Counted from the first letter of the stretch, positions 1 to 24,036 are shown. The stretch: 64,000 nucleotides of DNA from Balanoglossus misakiensis (GCA_040954595.2 CM082593.2:5473434-5537433); one strand, 5' to 3'. Notes: generated from the sequence alone by a model not told the origin. A program made the numbers and translations.

Positions 1-500
1 GTGTGGTGTGGTGTGTGTGGTGTGGTGTGGTGTGGTGTGGTGTGTGTGGTGTGGTGTGGTGTGTGTGGTGTGGTGTGGTGTGTGTGGTGTGGTGTGGTGT
101 GTGTGGTGTGGTGTGGTGTGGTGTGTGTGGTGTGTGTGGTGTGGTGTGGTGTGTGTGGTGTGGTGTGGTGTGGTGTGGTGTGGTGTGTGTGGTGTGTGTG
201 GTGTGGTGTGGTGTGGTGTGGTGTGTGTGGTGTGGTGTGTGTGGTGTGGTGTGGTGTGGTGTGGTGTGTGTGGTGTGGTGTGTGTGGTGTGGTGTGGTGT
301 GGTGTGGTGTGGTGTGGTGTGTGTGGTGTGGTGTGGTGTGGTGTGTGTGGTGTGGTGTGGTGTGGTGTGGTGTGGTGTGGTGTGGTGTGGTGTGTGTGGT
401 GTGGTGTGTGTTGTGGTGTGTGTGGTGTGGTGTGGTGTGTGTGGTGTGGTGTGGTGTGGTGTGGTGTGGTGTGGTGTGGTGTGTGTGGTGTGGTGTGTGT

Positions 501-541
<41 letters not shown>

Positions 542-2796
542 TGGTGTGGTGTGGTGTGGTGTGGTGTGTGTGGTGTGGTGTGTGTGGTGTGGTGTGGTGT
601 GGTGTGGTGTGTGTGGTGTGGTGTGGTGTGTGTGGTGTGGTGTGGTGTGGTGTGTGTGGTGTGGTGTGGTGTGGTGTGGTGTGGTGTGGTGTGGTGTGGT
701 GTGTGTGGTATGTGTGGTGTGGTGTGGTGTGTGTGGTGTGGTGTGTGTGGTGTGGTGTGGTGTGTGTGGTGTGGTGTGTGTGGTGTGGTGTGTGTGGTGT
801 GGTGTGGTGTGGTGTGGTGTGGTGTGTGTGGTGTGGTGTGGTGTGTGTGGTGTGGTGTGGTGTGTGTGGTGTGTGTGGTGTGGTGTGTGTGGTGTGGTGT
901 GGTGTGGTGTGTGTGGTGTGTGTGGTGTGGTGTGGTGTGAGTGGTGTGTGTGGTGTGGTGTGGTGTGGTGTGGTGTGGTGTGTGTGGTGTGTGTGGTGTG
1001 GTGTGTGTGGTGTGGTGTGTGTGGTGTGGTGTGGTGTGGTGTGGTGTGTGTGGTATGTGTGGTGTGGTGTGGTGTGGTGTGGTGTGTGTGGTGTGGTGTG
1101 TGTGGTGTGGTGTGGTGTGGTGTGTGTGGTGTGGTTGGTGTGGTGTGGTGTGGTGTGGTGTGGTGTGGTGTGGTGTGTGTGGTGTGGTGTGGTGTGTGTG
1201 GTGTGTGAGGTGTGGTGTGTGTGGTGTGGTGTGGTGTGTGTGGTGTGGTGTGTGTGGTGTGGTGTGGTGTGGTGTGTGTGGTGTGGTGTGTGTGGTGTGG
1301 TGTGTGTGGTGTGGTGTGGTGTGGTGTGGTGTGTGTGGTGTGGTGTGGTGTGTGTGGTGTGGTGTGGTGTGGTGTGTGTGGTGTGGTGTGGTGTGGTGTG
1401 GTGTGTGTGGTGTGGTGTGTGTGGTGTGGTGTGGTGTGGTGTGGTGTGGTGTGTGTGGTGTGGTGTGTGTGGTGTGGTGTGGTGTGGTGTGTGTGGTGTG
1501 GTGTGGTGTGTGTGGTGTGGTGTGGTGTGTGTGGTGTGGTGTGGTGTGGTGTGTGTGGTGTGGTGTGGTGTGGTGTGTGTGGTGTGGTGTGGTGTGTGTG
1601 GTGTGGTGTGGTGTGGTGTGGTGTGGTGTGTGTGGTGTGTGTGGTGTGGTGTGGTGTGGTGTGTGTGGTGTGGTGTGTGTGGTGTGTGTGGTGTGGTGTG
1701 GTGTGGTGTGTGTGGTGTGGTGTGGTGTGTGTGGTGTGGTGTGGTGTGGTGTGGTGTGGTGTGTGTGGTGTGGTGTGGTGTGGTGTGTGTGGTGTGGTGT
1801 GGTGTGGTGTGGTGTGGTGTGGTGTGGTGTGGTGTGTGTGGTGTGGTGTGTGTTGTGGTGTGGTGTGTGTGGTGTGGTGTGTGTGGTGTGGTGTGTGTGG
1901 TGTGGTGTGGTGTGGTGTGGTGTGGTGTGTGTGGTGTGGTGTGGTGTGGTGTGTGTGGTGTGGTGTGTGTGGTGTGGTGTGGTGTGTGTGGTGTGGTGTG
2001 GTGTGGTGTGTGTGGTGTGGTGTGTCTGGTGTGGTGTGGTGTGGTGTGTGTGGTGTGGTGTGGTGTGGTGTGTGTGGTGTGGTGTGGTGTGTGTGGTGTG
2101 GTGTGGTGTGGTATGGTGTGGTGTGTGTGGTGCGGTGTGGTGTGGTGTGGTGTGGTGTGGTGTGGTGTGTGTGGTGTGGTGTGGTGTGGTGTGGTGTGGT
2201 GTGGTGTGGTGTGTGTGGTGTGGTGTGGTGTGGTGTGGTGTGGTGTGGTGTGTGTGGTGTGTGTGGTGTGGTGTGGTGTGGTGTGGTGTGTGTGGTGTGG
2301 TGTGGTGTGGTGTGGTGTGAATGGTGTGTGTGGTGTGGTGTGGTGTGTGTGGTGTGTGTGGTGTGGTGTGGTGTGTGTGGTGTGGTGTGGTGTGATGTCG
2401 TGTGGTGTGTGTGGTGTGGTGTGGTGTGGTGTGTGTGGTGTGGTGTGGTGTGGTGTGGTGTGGTGTGTGTGGTGTGGTGTGTGTGGTGTGGTGTGGTGTG
2501 GTGTGGTGTGTGTGGTGTGGTGTGGTGTGGTGTGGTGTGGTGTGGTGTGTGTGGTGTGGTGTGGTGTGGTGTGGTGTGGTGTGGTGTGGTGTGGTGTGTG
2601 TGGTGTGGTGTGGTGTGGTGTGGTGTGTGTGGTGTGGTGTGTGTGGTGTGGTGTGTGTGGTGTGGTGTGGTGTGTGTGGTGTGGTGTGGTGTGGTGTGGT
2701 GTGGTGTGTGTGGTGTGGTGTGGTGTGGTGTGGTGTGGTGTGGTGTGTGTGTGTGGTGTGGTGTGGTGTGGTGTGGTGTGGTGTAGTGTAGTGTAG
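1..2796. repeat. Simple satellite of mixed GTGTG 5-mers and GTGTGTG 7-mers, with one pure (GT)n patch near 502-533; probably intronic to the collagen gene
   Basis: Almost only G and T. It ends in degenerate GTGTA units at about 2781-2796 and runs off the left edge of the window. Confidence 0.98.
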
Positions 2797-3480
2797 GAAT
2801 GAAGATTTATCTATCAGAACAGTTAAATATCAATGGACGATAAAACTGGCATGCACACACCGTTATCATCAATACAAATGCATGCTACTGACTCCCCTAT
2901 GTCCCATCAAAATGAAATAGTCTACCATATGGAGAGGCATGCTAGACCATTACACTTTCTCAGAGACATAGGGATGAATCTTGACCAACCGGGGTTGATT
3001 TGAAACTTTATTATAATGAATGTTGCTGAGCACAACCTTGTTACCATGCAATTATATCAAATCATTTAGTCAACAACAATATCATGAACTTTTTAACAAA
3101 TGCAAAGTATTTTAGTTCTATCAATGGATATTTTAATAATGAATATTTTTCCCACATCACGATCATGTATATACTTCTTACTTGTAGGTACAGTTGATTT
3201 TATTTTCAGAACTCTACATAATCTCTGTTTTTTTAGTACCACATTCAGAAAGAAAATACACAATCACAATTGATGAAAAAATCGCAGGATTATTTAACAT
3301 TTGAGACTATTTTCCAAAAAATGTATGATAATATATGTAAGCATGTAATTATATATGCATGGAATGTCATTAGAGATGCAAGTTTGTATTACACTATATG
3401 GTTTCTGCTGGTGATTCCGTTTACTCCATAGGTGATAGCTATAGCATGCAGATATATAGAACATGCAGTGCCATACATAC

Positions 3481-12992
<9,512 letters not shown>

Positions 12993-15900
12993 CTGAAAAA
13001 AAAAGATAAAAATCAATTTAAAAAAAATTCTACCAAACCTTCACAATGTTCATGTCAGCATTCACATGCCAAAAATCCACATCTTTTGAAATGCATCTTC
13101 CCATACAAATAAACAAAATGCTAGATTGTAAAATTATTTCAAAAAATGTACAAATAGTTATGATCATTTTAAAACACAGATGGTGTGTATGGATAATTTC
13201 AAAGTGTCAGCTCAATAACCACACCCAGTAATCAGAAAATATTCACACTATTTGTTCAGTGTCTAAAGTGTTCACAAGTTGGCTCAGACAGTCCTGGGAT
13301 GTGATCTCCAATTCACAGATGCCCTTAAGAAGAAATTAACCCAACGTAAACTACAAATGAAAAGTTTTTGACGTGTCACTTGTTTGTACAACCACACCCT
13401 TTTGTGATGTGCACTTTTGCCTTTAGGCATACTTTCGAAAATTCTCACAGAAGAAAATCAAATAAATTGACGAGAAAAGGAGCCAGGAGCAAGTCTGATT
13501 TGTTAGTGAGTCTATTCCCGGTTCACTCAGATGTCTTAACATTCTTCATTTTATATCCATCACAGGACTTTAACTGCTGCTCTGAAAGTTCTGATGTGTG
13601 TGATTTTGAAGCTGATGATTCTAAGGAGTGGACTGGTATGGATGTGAACGCAAAGATGAGTGTTGTTGCCAGGGAGACAGATGGGATGAAGACAGAAATG
13701 TGATGATGATCAAAACCTGGCAAAAGACAACACGGCCGAACGAAACACAACAGGTTGCATCAGACTTTGCACAAGGCCAAATTAAACGTAATAAAAGTAC
13801 CTGGTAAAAGGAACTTAATTGACATGGCCAAACTGATGAATCAGCCAATAAGACTGAAGAACAGTTGGCAGGCCTGACCACACGCTTTTAACTGGTAACT
13901 GTAACAATCACACTCAAACGCAAAAACCATGACGGTCTTCGAAAATAATGCCAAGAGGAAGTGATTGCCAGATACAGCAACCCATAACCGCTGCCATTAA
14001 GACACCGAGACTTTGTGAATTTCAAACTGATGTCAACCTGAGTGCGCCTGTTTATTTGCACTGAGCCAATCACAACATCCGATGAGGTGATAATTACTCA
14101 CACCCTTGGACTAAACCAAACTTTGAAAGTAAATTGTTGATACTGATCAACTGCTAATTGAGACCACTTTTCTAAATCACCGTCTTGGGCTGAAAAAAAA
14201 AAGTCTTGAAGAAATAAATGAAAACCCTAATAACAGTTGTTTGGTATTCTGATATGTTTACATGACTAAGACTAAACCAAGTTACAAAACCCTTGCGACA
14301 GTGTTGATCTTTGTTACGAATCTTTGAGACTTAGTCTGTGTTCTGAAACAAGCGCTTTGGCCAATTATCTTGGTTGAATCAAGGCTTGCATCCAGCCACA
14401 GTGCGAGGGCTCCCTCCATGTTGGTCATCCTCCCCTGCTATTAAAATTCACCACTGAGAAACCAGCAAAATGTATCTTCAGATTTTGACGTGACTTTCAC
14501 AGCCTATCACAGAAAGCTAGAGTACTCCTCTATTTTTAACTCGTTTGAACAACGTTGCACAACTTCTCAATTCAATCAACAATATTGAAATGTGTATGTG
14601 CTCGAGGTATCTGTTTATAAAGTTTCCTTGTCCACAAAAATTACTGCGTAAACACTAAGCAGAGGAGTTTATTTTTATCTCAAGAGGTATGGAAATAATT
14701 TGTGGTGTACTCAACACAGATATGCTTGTCTACTTAATTCCTTCTGCCAGGGCTGGTGCAAACGCTCACTTCCCCATTCAGTTGGACTTTTTGAAGTGAT
14801 GCATCTTTAAAGGATTTAAGCTCAGAAAGTCCACTCCCTTCTTACGAAGGTAAGAGGGCCGGTGACTGGGAAAACAACATACTTCTGTGTACTTTCCCCT
14901 CATTTTGTTATTTTACTGGAAAGTATCAGAAAAATTGTTAAATTCCGCCCACTTACTCTTTGAACCTTCTACCTGCTTATAAGTTTGAAAGATACAGACT
15001 CGCGTTGACGACTTCTGTATGTATTCACACATAGCACAGGACAAGTACAAAACAAGTAATTACTCACAGCTAGGGTGGAAATCAGGAGTTTAGGACATGA
15101 CAACTTGGACATGGTAAATTTGTTACATTTGGTTCACATTATTGAGGATCTATTTGAAGAGTTCTCAAAGAGTTTAACAAAACATTCACACAGTCGACAT
15201 AGACCAGGCACATCAAAACCAGCCGATAAGGCATTCCACTTTTCAGAACTGATGAATCAGTCATTCAATGAATCCTGTCATGTATTCTTGATCGGTTATA
15301 TCCTAGCTGGACTGGTTTCCCAAAAAGTTCACCACGGAAACGCCACTGGCATGAAGTTTTAGGTTCTAAAACTCAGATAAACTCCAGAGATTGCAAAAAG
15401 CTCCAATCTCAATTGGTGATTGTGATACACCTACGAATTCATGGTATGTTTCGGGGTCAGAAATTCTAGTTGCTCCCAAACATTTCTAGCAAGCCAGGGG
15501 TTAAGTAAATAGCCATAGGCTTCACACTTCACACAGTTTACAGATTTCAGAGAGGGTGACCAAAGACGTTTCAGATCAAAAGTACTGGTTATATCGGATG
15601 CTTTTCTCCAGAAAGTCAGAGTCCCCCCAAAATCTTTCTTTGGTTCTCTATGTGGAGATCCATTTTGAATATGAAACAATAAATTGTTCATCATCTTGGC
15701 GGCCATTTTGAATTTCAAACTGGATAAAATTTGTGGAAGTTCAGGTCTCTGACACATACAGCAGTGCATGGTGATATTCATTTTATTTTCTGCAATGCAG
15801 GAGTTCTAAGAGGCCTTGAGAAAGTTCTGTATGAAACAAAATTCGCCATTACCCTTCCCTTTCTTTGGTTCTTAAAGATGAAACAATTGGCAAAATAAAT

Positions 15901-16419
15901 CAGTATAGCAAATTTTCTTCCTGACATAGATCGACCATAAAGGTCACACAGGCTCTAGGATAATTCCAGTATCGCTTTCTCCGCACTGGTGTCAACTTTC
16001 TATGCCAGTGTTTACTTTTGGCCAGCAATTTGTTCAGTGTCAATTGCGTGGCTACGCACGACATACTGGTGAAAAGTAGTTCCAGGCACCCACAGTCAAA
16101 TTTAGGTTACATTCTCTCTGGTGAAAGTATGGTATTTTTAACGTCGTGGCGGAGCTGTAGGAGTCAGCATTGTTGACGATCGAACCAGAAAATATGATGG
16201 TTATAAATCTTGCATTTACACAAAGCCTAGTTTTTTTTCTCCGTAATTGTGGCAAGTCAGCACGTATAGCTCTCTACCATCGAAAAGCCCAGGGTTCTGA
16301 ACTCGTAAAGTTTGGAAAATAAAATCTGGGGTTGCCACTTGTCTGAGTGCCCACTTTAATAAAAATTGACGTGGCAGATTTCCTAAGCACATTGGCTAAA
16401 GAGTAGGACACTTTATTTG

Positions 16420-16506
16420 TAACCTCTATCATGGTTTGGTCCAAACCCATGGTTTTCTATGGTAAACTTGGACTTCTACAAATGGAAATGGGGGTGAAAG
16501 GGTTAA
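16420..16506 (-). mobile_element. ~90-bp MITE-like copy, inverted relative to the copy at 9250
   Basis: Contains TTTGGTCCAAA, TTGGACTTCTA and GAAATGGGGGTGAAAGGGTTAA, the reverse complements of segments of the 9250 copy. Confidence 0.65.
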
Positions 16507-18749
16507 AAGGTCCTCTGCAGCCACTTAAAAATGCCAAAATTTCCAAGTCATTGAGCAGACTAACATTTCAGGTTTCAAACTCTGGAGGCGCTGTTCATTT
16601 TTCATAATTATCAAAGTGCCATTAACACGCATGATTCGATGTTTCAGCTTGCAGGCAGGTGACCACTGTTACTCAAGGTCACATAATACAAAACGTTTAA
16701 TCTTCTTTCTTGAAATGACCCATTTAAAAATAAACTCGCAGGGTCGGCGATTAATACCCAAATGAAATCTGGCTTAAATATGTCGGAATGCTTTTTTATG
16801 CAATTCTGTTGTGGACCGCCATAGCTGAACGTCACAGAAAATACTTTGAAAGTATACAATGTAGATATGGAAGTATGTAGTTGAAGCTGGCATGTGTCAT
16901 GATTTCAGACTTATCAAAGATCACAGGACTGGAATCACTAATATTTAATCGGAGAGAATATTTTGATAGATGAGAGGAAGAAACTGATTGATGGAATTAT
17001 ATATACCTTTACAAAAACAAGTCGTCTCAGTGATAAACTAACTGTCTAAGCCATGACCATATTTTCCGGTAAATATTTGTAAAAGTGAAGATTTTTTAAG
17101 TGGTAATGTTTTTCAAACAGTCATTGATAGACTTCAAGCTTCTGGGAAGTTTTTGGATTAGAAAATATGAGAACAATTCAGAATATTCTTAAATATTTAC
17201 AATAATTAACCGTCTGAACTACAGTTGTGTTATTTGTTAGAATGTGGCGACTCAGCATGATGAGATCAATGTCAACTGCTGAGTGAAACGAATATAAACT
17301 GAGAACCCGCAAAAGTTAACTCTAGGTCAATTGGGAACCACGGCAACACAAGGTCGTTTGATGCACGGTGTCCGACGTCACTCAGTCACCCTGCGGTGCA
17401 TGGAATTGTCGCCGCTAAAAATTCAGCGTGCGGTGCACGACCTGACATTGGTCGTGCGCTGATGGGTGTGCGGTTAAAACTGACACCGATTCACGGAGGT
17501 TCACAATCACAGACAATTGGGTGGTACAACTACATGTACAAGACGGCCCTGTCTTTCAACTCAGGGTTCAGGCAGCGTGCACTGCAGTTACTGCAGGGAC
17601 ATTAGGGTCTTTCAACGCAGGGATCACATCTCCGGTGACACCGGCCTGACCACTGACACCGAAATTCACATCAACACGTTCTCTTTCAAAATCCGTGTTT
17701 TAACAACTGATCCGCATCAACACGCAATCACGTGGATTTCTTCTGAGAACTCAAAACCGACTCCCAAACTCCCAGATTCTGGTATCCACCTGTCATTTCA
17801 AATGAAGAAAAATTTGGCTGTTGAGCCTCCAAAAAAAACAGGTTCCCGTGTTTATTAGAATCAACACACACTGTAAATCAGCGAAGCATTTTATCGCCAC
17901 CCTGGGGATTGCGCAGAAAATCACAACAAAACATCATTCTCCTAAACCATGGCCTGTCATAAACAATCTGACAGATCAATAAAACAGTGTCATCCATTTT
18001 CGGTAAACCATGTCCTTGTTAACTATCATTCGGCACATGTAGGACTATGTCTGTGGCCAAAATCGTCTATATATTGTATTTCTTCTTTTATCGAGTCATT
18101 TGAGAATTCAGGTTGCATATTTAGCCCTACACCTTTATATGAAATGCAGATAATTTTTAGATCACTGGCGAGTTTTGCCAAGTCACTTTTTAATTGAAAT
18201 TTGCATTTATCATGCCTTACGATAATTATTCGAGAGGCAGATTGTGACTACGTCTCTTGACTATCAGCTGATCTAAACGAAACCAGTAAGACGGCCTGAA
18301 ATGCTGAACCTAAGCTGGATGTAGTTGGTTGAGCACTGCACCTGTCATGATGTCCTGACCCAGGCCATATGACCTTGAGGGTAAAACATGAGGTCAAAGC
18401 AATTAAGGAGGGGCGGGCACTTTGAAAGTGGATCGTAGTCTAGCAGAGCTGGTTGGCACATGTCTTGTCTACCAAAGCATGGTGGCTCCCACTACCAGGA
18501 CATCCAGTTCTGTTGCTTCCACTTGGTAAACACGTGGACCTTTCGGTTTGTTTGAGTCGGTTGTTTGGGACATCTGGTTCGAATGAAACTTGCAAAGTGG
18601 TGATACCGCTCCAGTTTAAGTTTGATATGCGAGTGTTTGTCCAAAAAGAACAATATTCAACTGGTGTTGGTTATTTGGGTTTTCAGGACAAAATGTGTGA
18701 GGTTGGGAGGCATTATGTGGGTAGGGAAGTCAGAGTTTCTTCAGGGTTC

Positions 18750-18844
<95 letters not shown>

Positions 18845-18884
18845 TGACAGTGGTGATGATGACAAAGATGACGCTGATAATGAT
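18750..18884. repeat. Compound trinucleotide microsatellite, about (GAT)16(GAC)15, with a degenerate GAY tail
   Basis: Read directly from the sequence. Confidence 0.97.
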
Positions 18885-20546
18885 GGTTGTGCTTGCTTTA
18901 AACCAAAGAGATGGTTGGTATCGCTGGTTGGCATCATTTGCTGCCCACCACTAGACGTGGCAGTTTCTCCAGGGCTGCTTTTATTCCAGTGGCAATAAAA
19001 TAGACCAACCCAATACCAACCAAAAATTATTTTTACACACGTATTTCTCTCAATTTCACCAATTTATCACAACTTTTGCTCAGTTGTCTAAGATTCCAGG
19101 CACAAGTCCATGCTTAACACTCTTTGGTGGGGGGGCTACATTATATCGACTCCAATGGACCTTGGCAGACATTTGACCACACAGCCCGACAGCTCGGTAA
19201 CCACTCACAAGTGTTAAACCTAACAAAATAATTAGACTCCTAATTTTCCACAAAGGTTTCTTAAAGTCTGTGCTGTTTACCTAACTCCCTTTCAAGATCA
19301 CCAAAACAGAAATGAACTTTACAAAACACGCCCGGTTCGAATATCACCTTTTTACACCCAACGCGTCCAGCCTGTAACAGTATTCTTTTGTGTGGTTGTA
19401 CTTTTTGGTTGCGGTAACTCGGTCGACTGCTGTTTTTTCACGCGTCTAAACCCCGGGTCGCGATATGCTAAACTTCAAAGGGGTGTTTTATCAGTAACAC
19501 TTGCTGTGTTTTGCTTATCGCGACCGAAACAACACCGAGGGTGTAAATCAGAAGCCCCAGACCCACAGATAAGCACAGAACTGTGAAAATAGGTAAAAGA
19601 TTTGTGTTGTAAATGAAACTCAAGTGGCCGGCCCATCCCTCACTGTCTGTAAGTCTACACCCCCAAGCTGCCACACAGCTACCGGTGTGTTCATTCATTC
19701 ATTCATTCATTCCATCGCCTTGGCGATCTGCAACACTTGCGAGCAGCCATCTTGGATTTCAATTAAAAGTTCTGGAATTTTCCAAGTCACTTAAGAGAAC
19801 CTCCTTTTACTCTGGCACAGTAACACTTTATGTGAAGCGAAGATCAAACCCCTTCTTTTCTGAGAGAGGGAAAATAAGAAAGCTGTGGGGTACTCAATGG
19901 AGATGTGTCAACTTTGAACCGTCACAGATCTTGCAACGACAACTGAAACAGACTGTAGACAACACAGCATGCAGTTACAAAGCCACGCATCTAATCAGCC
20001 ACAGCCAGAAAGCAAAGTCATCACAAATTGACCACAAGGTCCACTTTTCATAGGGTCGTGACTTTTTGTAGCCAATTTCCGAAACCCACCTCCCCTTTGA
20101 CAACACCGTTCAATCGCCCATACCTCCCCCATTCAAGTTCAATGAACTGTGGAGGTCTGACTTCTGCCCTCTTCTTTTGTAAAGGCGATATCCTGGGAGT
20201 TTTCACTGAAAGGTTTCTGAGGCCACATTTCTTTGAACAGAAACAGGGGCTGGTTCAAACGGCCCACCCACTGGGTCATAATTAGGAGTAACACCGTGAC
20301 ACCAGGCCATGACATTACAGTTCGGCTCCAACAATTTCAGCTCTGACTAGATCATTCAGGTACCAAATCAAAGCCACATGTTCGGCCAAATCATCTTCCT
20401 GCATCCCTTATAATAAGATGGCTAATAATAAATATTTATAAAATTCAGTTCTTTTAATTTTTCTGATGAATTGTGACCATTCTCTGCAGGTACAACGGTG
20501 TCATCTATTATTTCTCCTGCAAAAAAGGACGCCGTGTAGATTTTGC

Positions 20547-20700
20547 AACCAATCAGGTATCTGCTCTAGAGAAGCTGTAGTAACCAATCAGCACCTGGCT
20601 TTCATAAAGTGGTAGAGAGTAACCCAATCGACTGCTTGTCACAGTAGCCAATCACCAGCTTGTTCTCAAATGGCGCCAGCACTCATTAACCAATCAGCAG
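20547..20700 (+). promoter_or_regulatory. Cluster of five same-strand CCAAT boxes in NF-Y-like context
   Basis: CCAATC at 20549, 20584, 20624, 20648 and 20690; function not demonstrated. Confidence 0.35.
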
Positions 20701-23700
20701 CCTACGTTCGAAAGATAGTAGAAATACTAATTGATGAATCAGCCGATCCCTCTCAAAAGAATCATAAACTGACAAACATCATCAACACCTGTTCGTAGAC
20801 ACTATCTGTGAGCTGCCAGGGACATCAGTTGAACATATTTCTGGCACGATGATATCAAACAGTGGCAATCAGCCTTCAGACAGGGAGTGTACACATCTGC
20901 TGGCCTACAACAAGCTGACAAAATTCTCGACAAATTATCAGATCTTTGGAATGCCATGGAGAAGTCATACCACAGCCAAGAGTGGATACACTTACAATGT
21001 CATAAATTAGGAGAAACAGCTCGGCAAATATTTAGGATTAAATGATGGATATCAATCAGTATCAGAAATACTATTGCAAGTTTAATTGGGATTTGTAATA
21101 GATTCGCCATTTTGCTCTCAAACATTTGCAATAATAATGATAATATGAACTACAAAAGGTACAGAAACAAGTGAGATTTATTATATCATATACAAATCTA
21201 TAAATTGTATATGATTATTATTTTAAAATATACTCAATTTCAATTTGGAATAGTAACTTGTTTAGATGTTTGGTAGATTTAAAACATTTCCATTCTCTTC
21301 TGTTCCATAAAACCATGACAGCTTGGATTGATCTGAGAACACTGCTAAAACGTATTAGTTCAGATTCGAGGAATTTCGTTCTTAACCACTGGCAAAAGTA
21401 CATTTTGTGATGGAAATTTCTAGACTTGGCCCCTTCTTTTCACAAGTCAAGGAGTTGACATTCCCGCATCAAGCAGTGGGTGGCGAAAACCGTTACATTG
21501 TCAGAGGGTTAAGTCGGTGGAAAATCCCGCCTAATCCTTAGGTACCTGCAGTTGTATGTAACACAGTTAGGAATTCTATTCGAAGACAGACAACAGATGC
21601 CAAGAGAGAGAGAGAGATAGTAATCCTACAGAAACACTAGACCCAGAATGTCTGAAACCCAAAGAATGCACGGCTAGCCAGACGGTCATCGTTGATTGTG
21701 GGAACGTTTGGCATCAGCCGTGAAACCGTCATTCTTTAACATCTTGAACTTCTCAGCTATGCAAGCTGCTGGCTGTGGAGTTAGGCATGTTGAGCATTTA
21801 GAGCCAAGTCAAATGTTACCTAACTACACTAAATGGGCGGTTTCATATTCCATGATTTTCCCAGGAACATACAAACCTTGCGTTCAACCAAATCTCATAT
21901 TGTGACTCTTTCTTCCAATTCCAGTCACACGCCTCTTTGGATGCATGACTGGTCTCTGCCGTTTCACTTCGCTGAACAAAAATTACATAATGTGTATTTG
22001 CAATTCTCAGAGAAGAGAGACATACTAGATGCAAATAAATCCATCAACATGATAATATTAGTTGCTGCTATCAACAAAATGCCATGAGAACGTAAACATT
22101 TTGTTGAAAACTTTGATATCCTTAAAAACAATTCTGAAGTATACAACATTGCCTGCTTCTTCGAAAAATAGTTGTGTCGTGTTCTACCTTATGAATCAGG
22201 CTTCAGAAAAATTTAGTGATGTTCTATATATGAATCAAAGTTTTTCACCATTTAATGATAAATGTCAAATCATTAGCCACAACCTGATTCTTTCGCTGAA
22301 AAATAATGAAGAGTCTTTCATTTATAAGCTGTGTCTATTTTGTGAGAAATTCTGGTGATGTTGGCTGTCCGAAATAGCAATTTCCCCCTGCGGGCCTAAT
22401 TAGCAGCTCTTTTACACTAATTAGCCATTGGAAAATCACCTATTCCCAGAAACTCTGTGATCCGCTATATTTGTTGTGTCCAATCCCTTGTTTTGCAAGC
22501 CTATATCCCGAGGCACTGTCTCAATCATCCAGGAAAAAACAACCATCTCCGTCGCTGTTGCGTTATTTGTGGCGATCGAAACTGCGAGGCGAAAAAATCC
22601 ACACGGCAGCCGTCGTTGGAATAACCACAGTTGACTGAGGAAAACTAGAAAAACAAACTGGTTTCTTGCGTCGGTCTATAAGTGGTCAATTTTCTCATCT
22701 AATTCCCGAACTCTCGCTATATATGGGTAACAAGACTATAGGTACACCCCCTCAGGTATTCGCTAAACCAATTACAAAATGCTGCGTGCAAACAGGAAGG
22801 CTTATTCCGCTAGGATGGGCTGATCTCCAATCAGGAACAAAGATGAGCGAAAAACAGACGAGTTGCATGATTACCGCATCCCTTATAACCATAACACCCA
22901 AACGGACAATGAATGCACACCATACAAGTAAAATGATCTGCGACGACAACAACAGCTCATCAGGTTTCTTTGTGTTTGTGAACGTTCGCGCCGTGTACTT
23001 TTCCCCGATTTCTGAATCACCCTGTCATTGATCAGATTTGGTCGGCTGATGAGACGGGAAGCGATTGCAATGCAGGGGCTTAACCAGGATTTCGCTTAAT
23101 AGCGCTTTTCTGGTTTAACAAACAAAATGGTGTTTTTCGCAGCAGGGGTAACAAGGGCTTTGCAGGCAATGCAGAGTTGATGGAGACACAACTACATGTA
23201 TAACTGAATTTCAGCAAGCAGAATACACCCAACCCTGTGTCTCCAAGGTACACTTATGATCCACCAAACAAATCTCCCGAAATAAATCAAAGTCTGCTAT
23301 TTCTCGACTCTACAAATGTTTACATTAACTGCATGGCATTCGCGGAAATGATTTAAGAACTTATCGGGGTGTCGGTACACTTGAAGATCGCTCTCCGTCC
23401 CTTCCGAGCGGGACACCAAACTCTGGGAATGGATCGCGGATTTTTTTCCCAACCTGAATTTTGAGAAGGCACAATGCCTGTGTTCCAGGGAAAGGGTTAC
23501 AAGGTTGGCAAAGCTATCCAATATCTCATCCAGAACGGGGCCTGTACTCCGGTATCGCATCCCTGATTGAATTGTGACAGCGTCACGGCCTAAATGGGGT
23601 GTCGGGTGATTTAGCATTGTCAGATCCAGCTAAAGTCATCAGTTTTTCGCAATTTCTCATGACCCAGCTGGTCATCGACCATGATTTCAAAACAGTCTGT

Positions 23701-23858
23701 AGGCGTAACACAGGGGTTTCGCAACCTTTTGCTAACGATGCATGAAATTATTATACCATTCAGTGTCGATCGACCTAACTGTTGCCCAACATACAGAAAA
23801 ATTACTGCCAAAAACAAATCAAGCTGTTGAACACGTCTTAGTCTATCAATGATGTCCT

Positions 23859-23953
23859 TTAACCGTATCACCCCCATTCCTTAGAACATGGACCCAACCA
23901 CGCCACTGAAAACAATGGAGTTGAACCACAGTGCCATGGGTAAAAGGGGTTAG
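23859..23953 (+). mobile_element. Degenerate copy of the ~90-bp MITE
   Basis: TTAACCGTATCACCCCCATTCC ... AAACAATGGAGTTGAACCA ... GGTAAAAGGGGTTAG. Confidence 0.5.
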
Positions 23954-24036
23954 AGACGACATGATTGCAGACAGCAGCAGTCAGTGTACTCCTGATAACT
24001 TTAACCAACACTCCAGCTGTTCCAACATGCCAACAT

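Noticed and set aside
1-2796. Long V/W/C/G-rich ORFs up to 931 aa
   Set aside because: Translation of a G/T satellite that almost lacks A, so it is nearly free of stop codons in every frame.
1-2796. Telomeric array or CRISPR array
   Set aside because: The unit is not TTAGGG/TTAGG, there are no unique spacers, and the tract appears to lie inside an incomplete gene.
15364-15860. Possible transposon fragment (CATCTTGGCGGCCATTTTGAATTTC)
   Set aside because: It resembles common interspersed-repeat motifs, but neither ends nor a second copy could be defined.
18453-18998. 181-aa poly-Asp ORF (GAT and GAC both encode Asp)
   Set aside because: The block-wise GAT-to-GAC switch fits microsatellite slippage, the flanking translation is not protein-like, and no convincing splice sites were seen.
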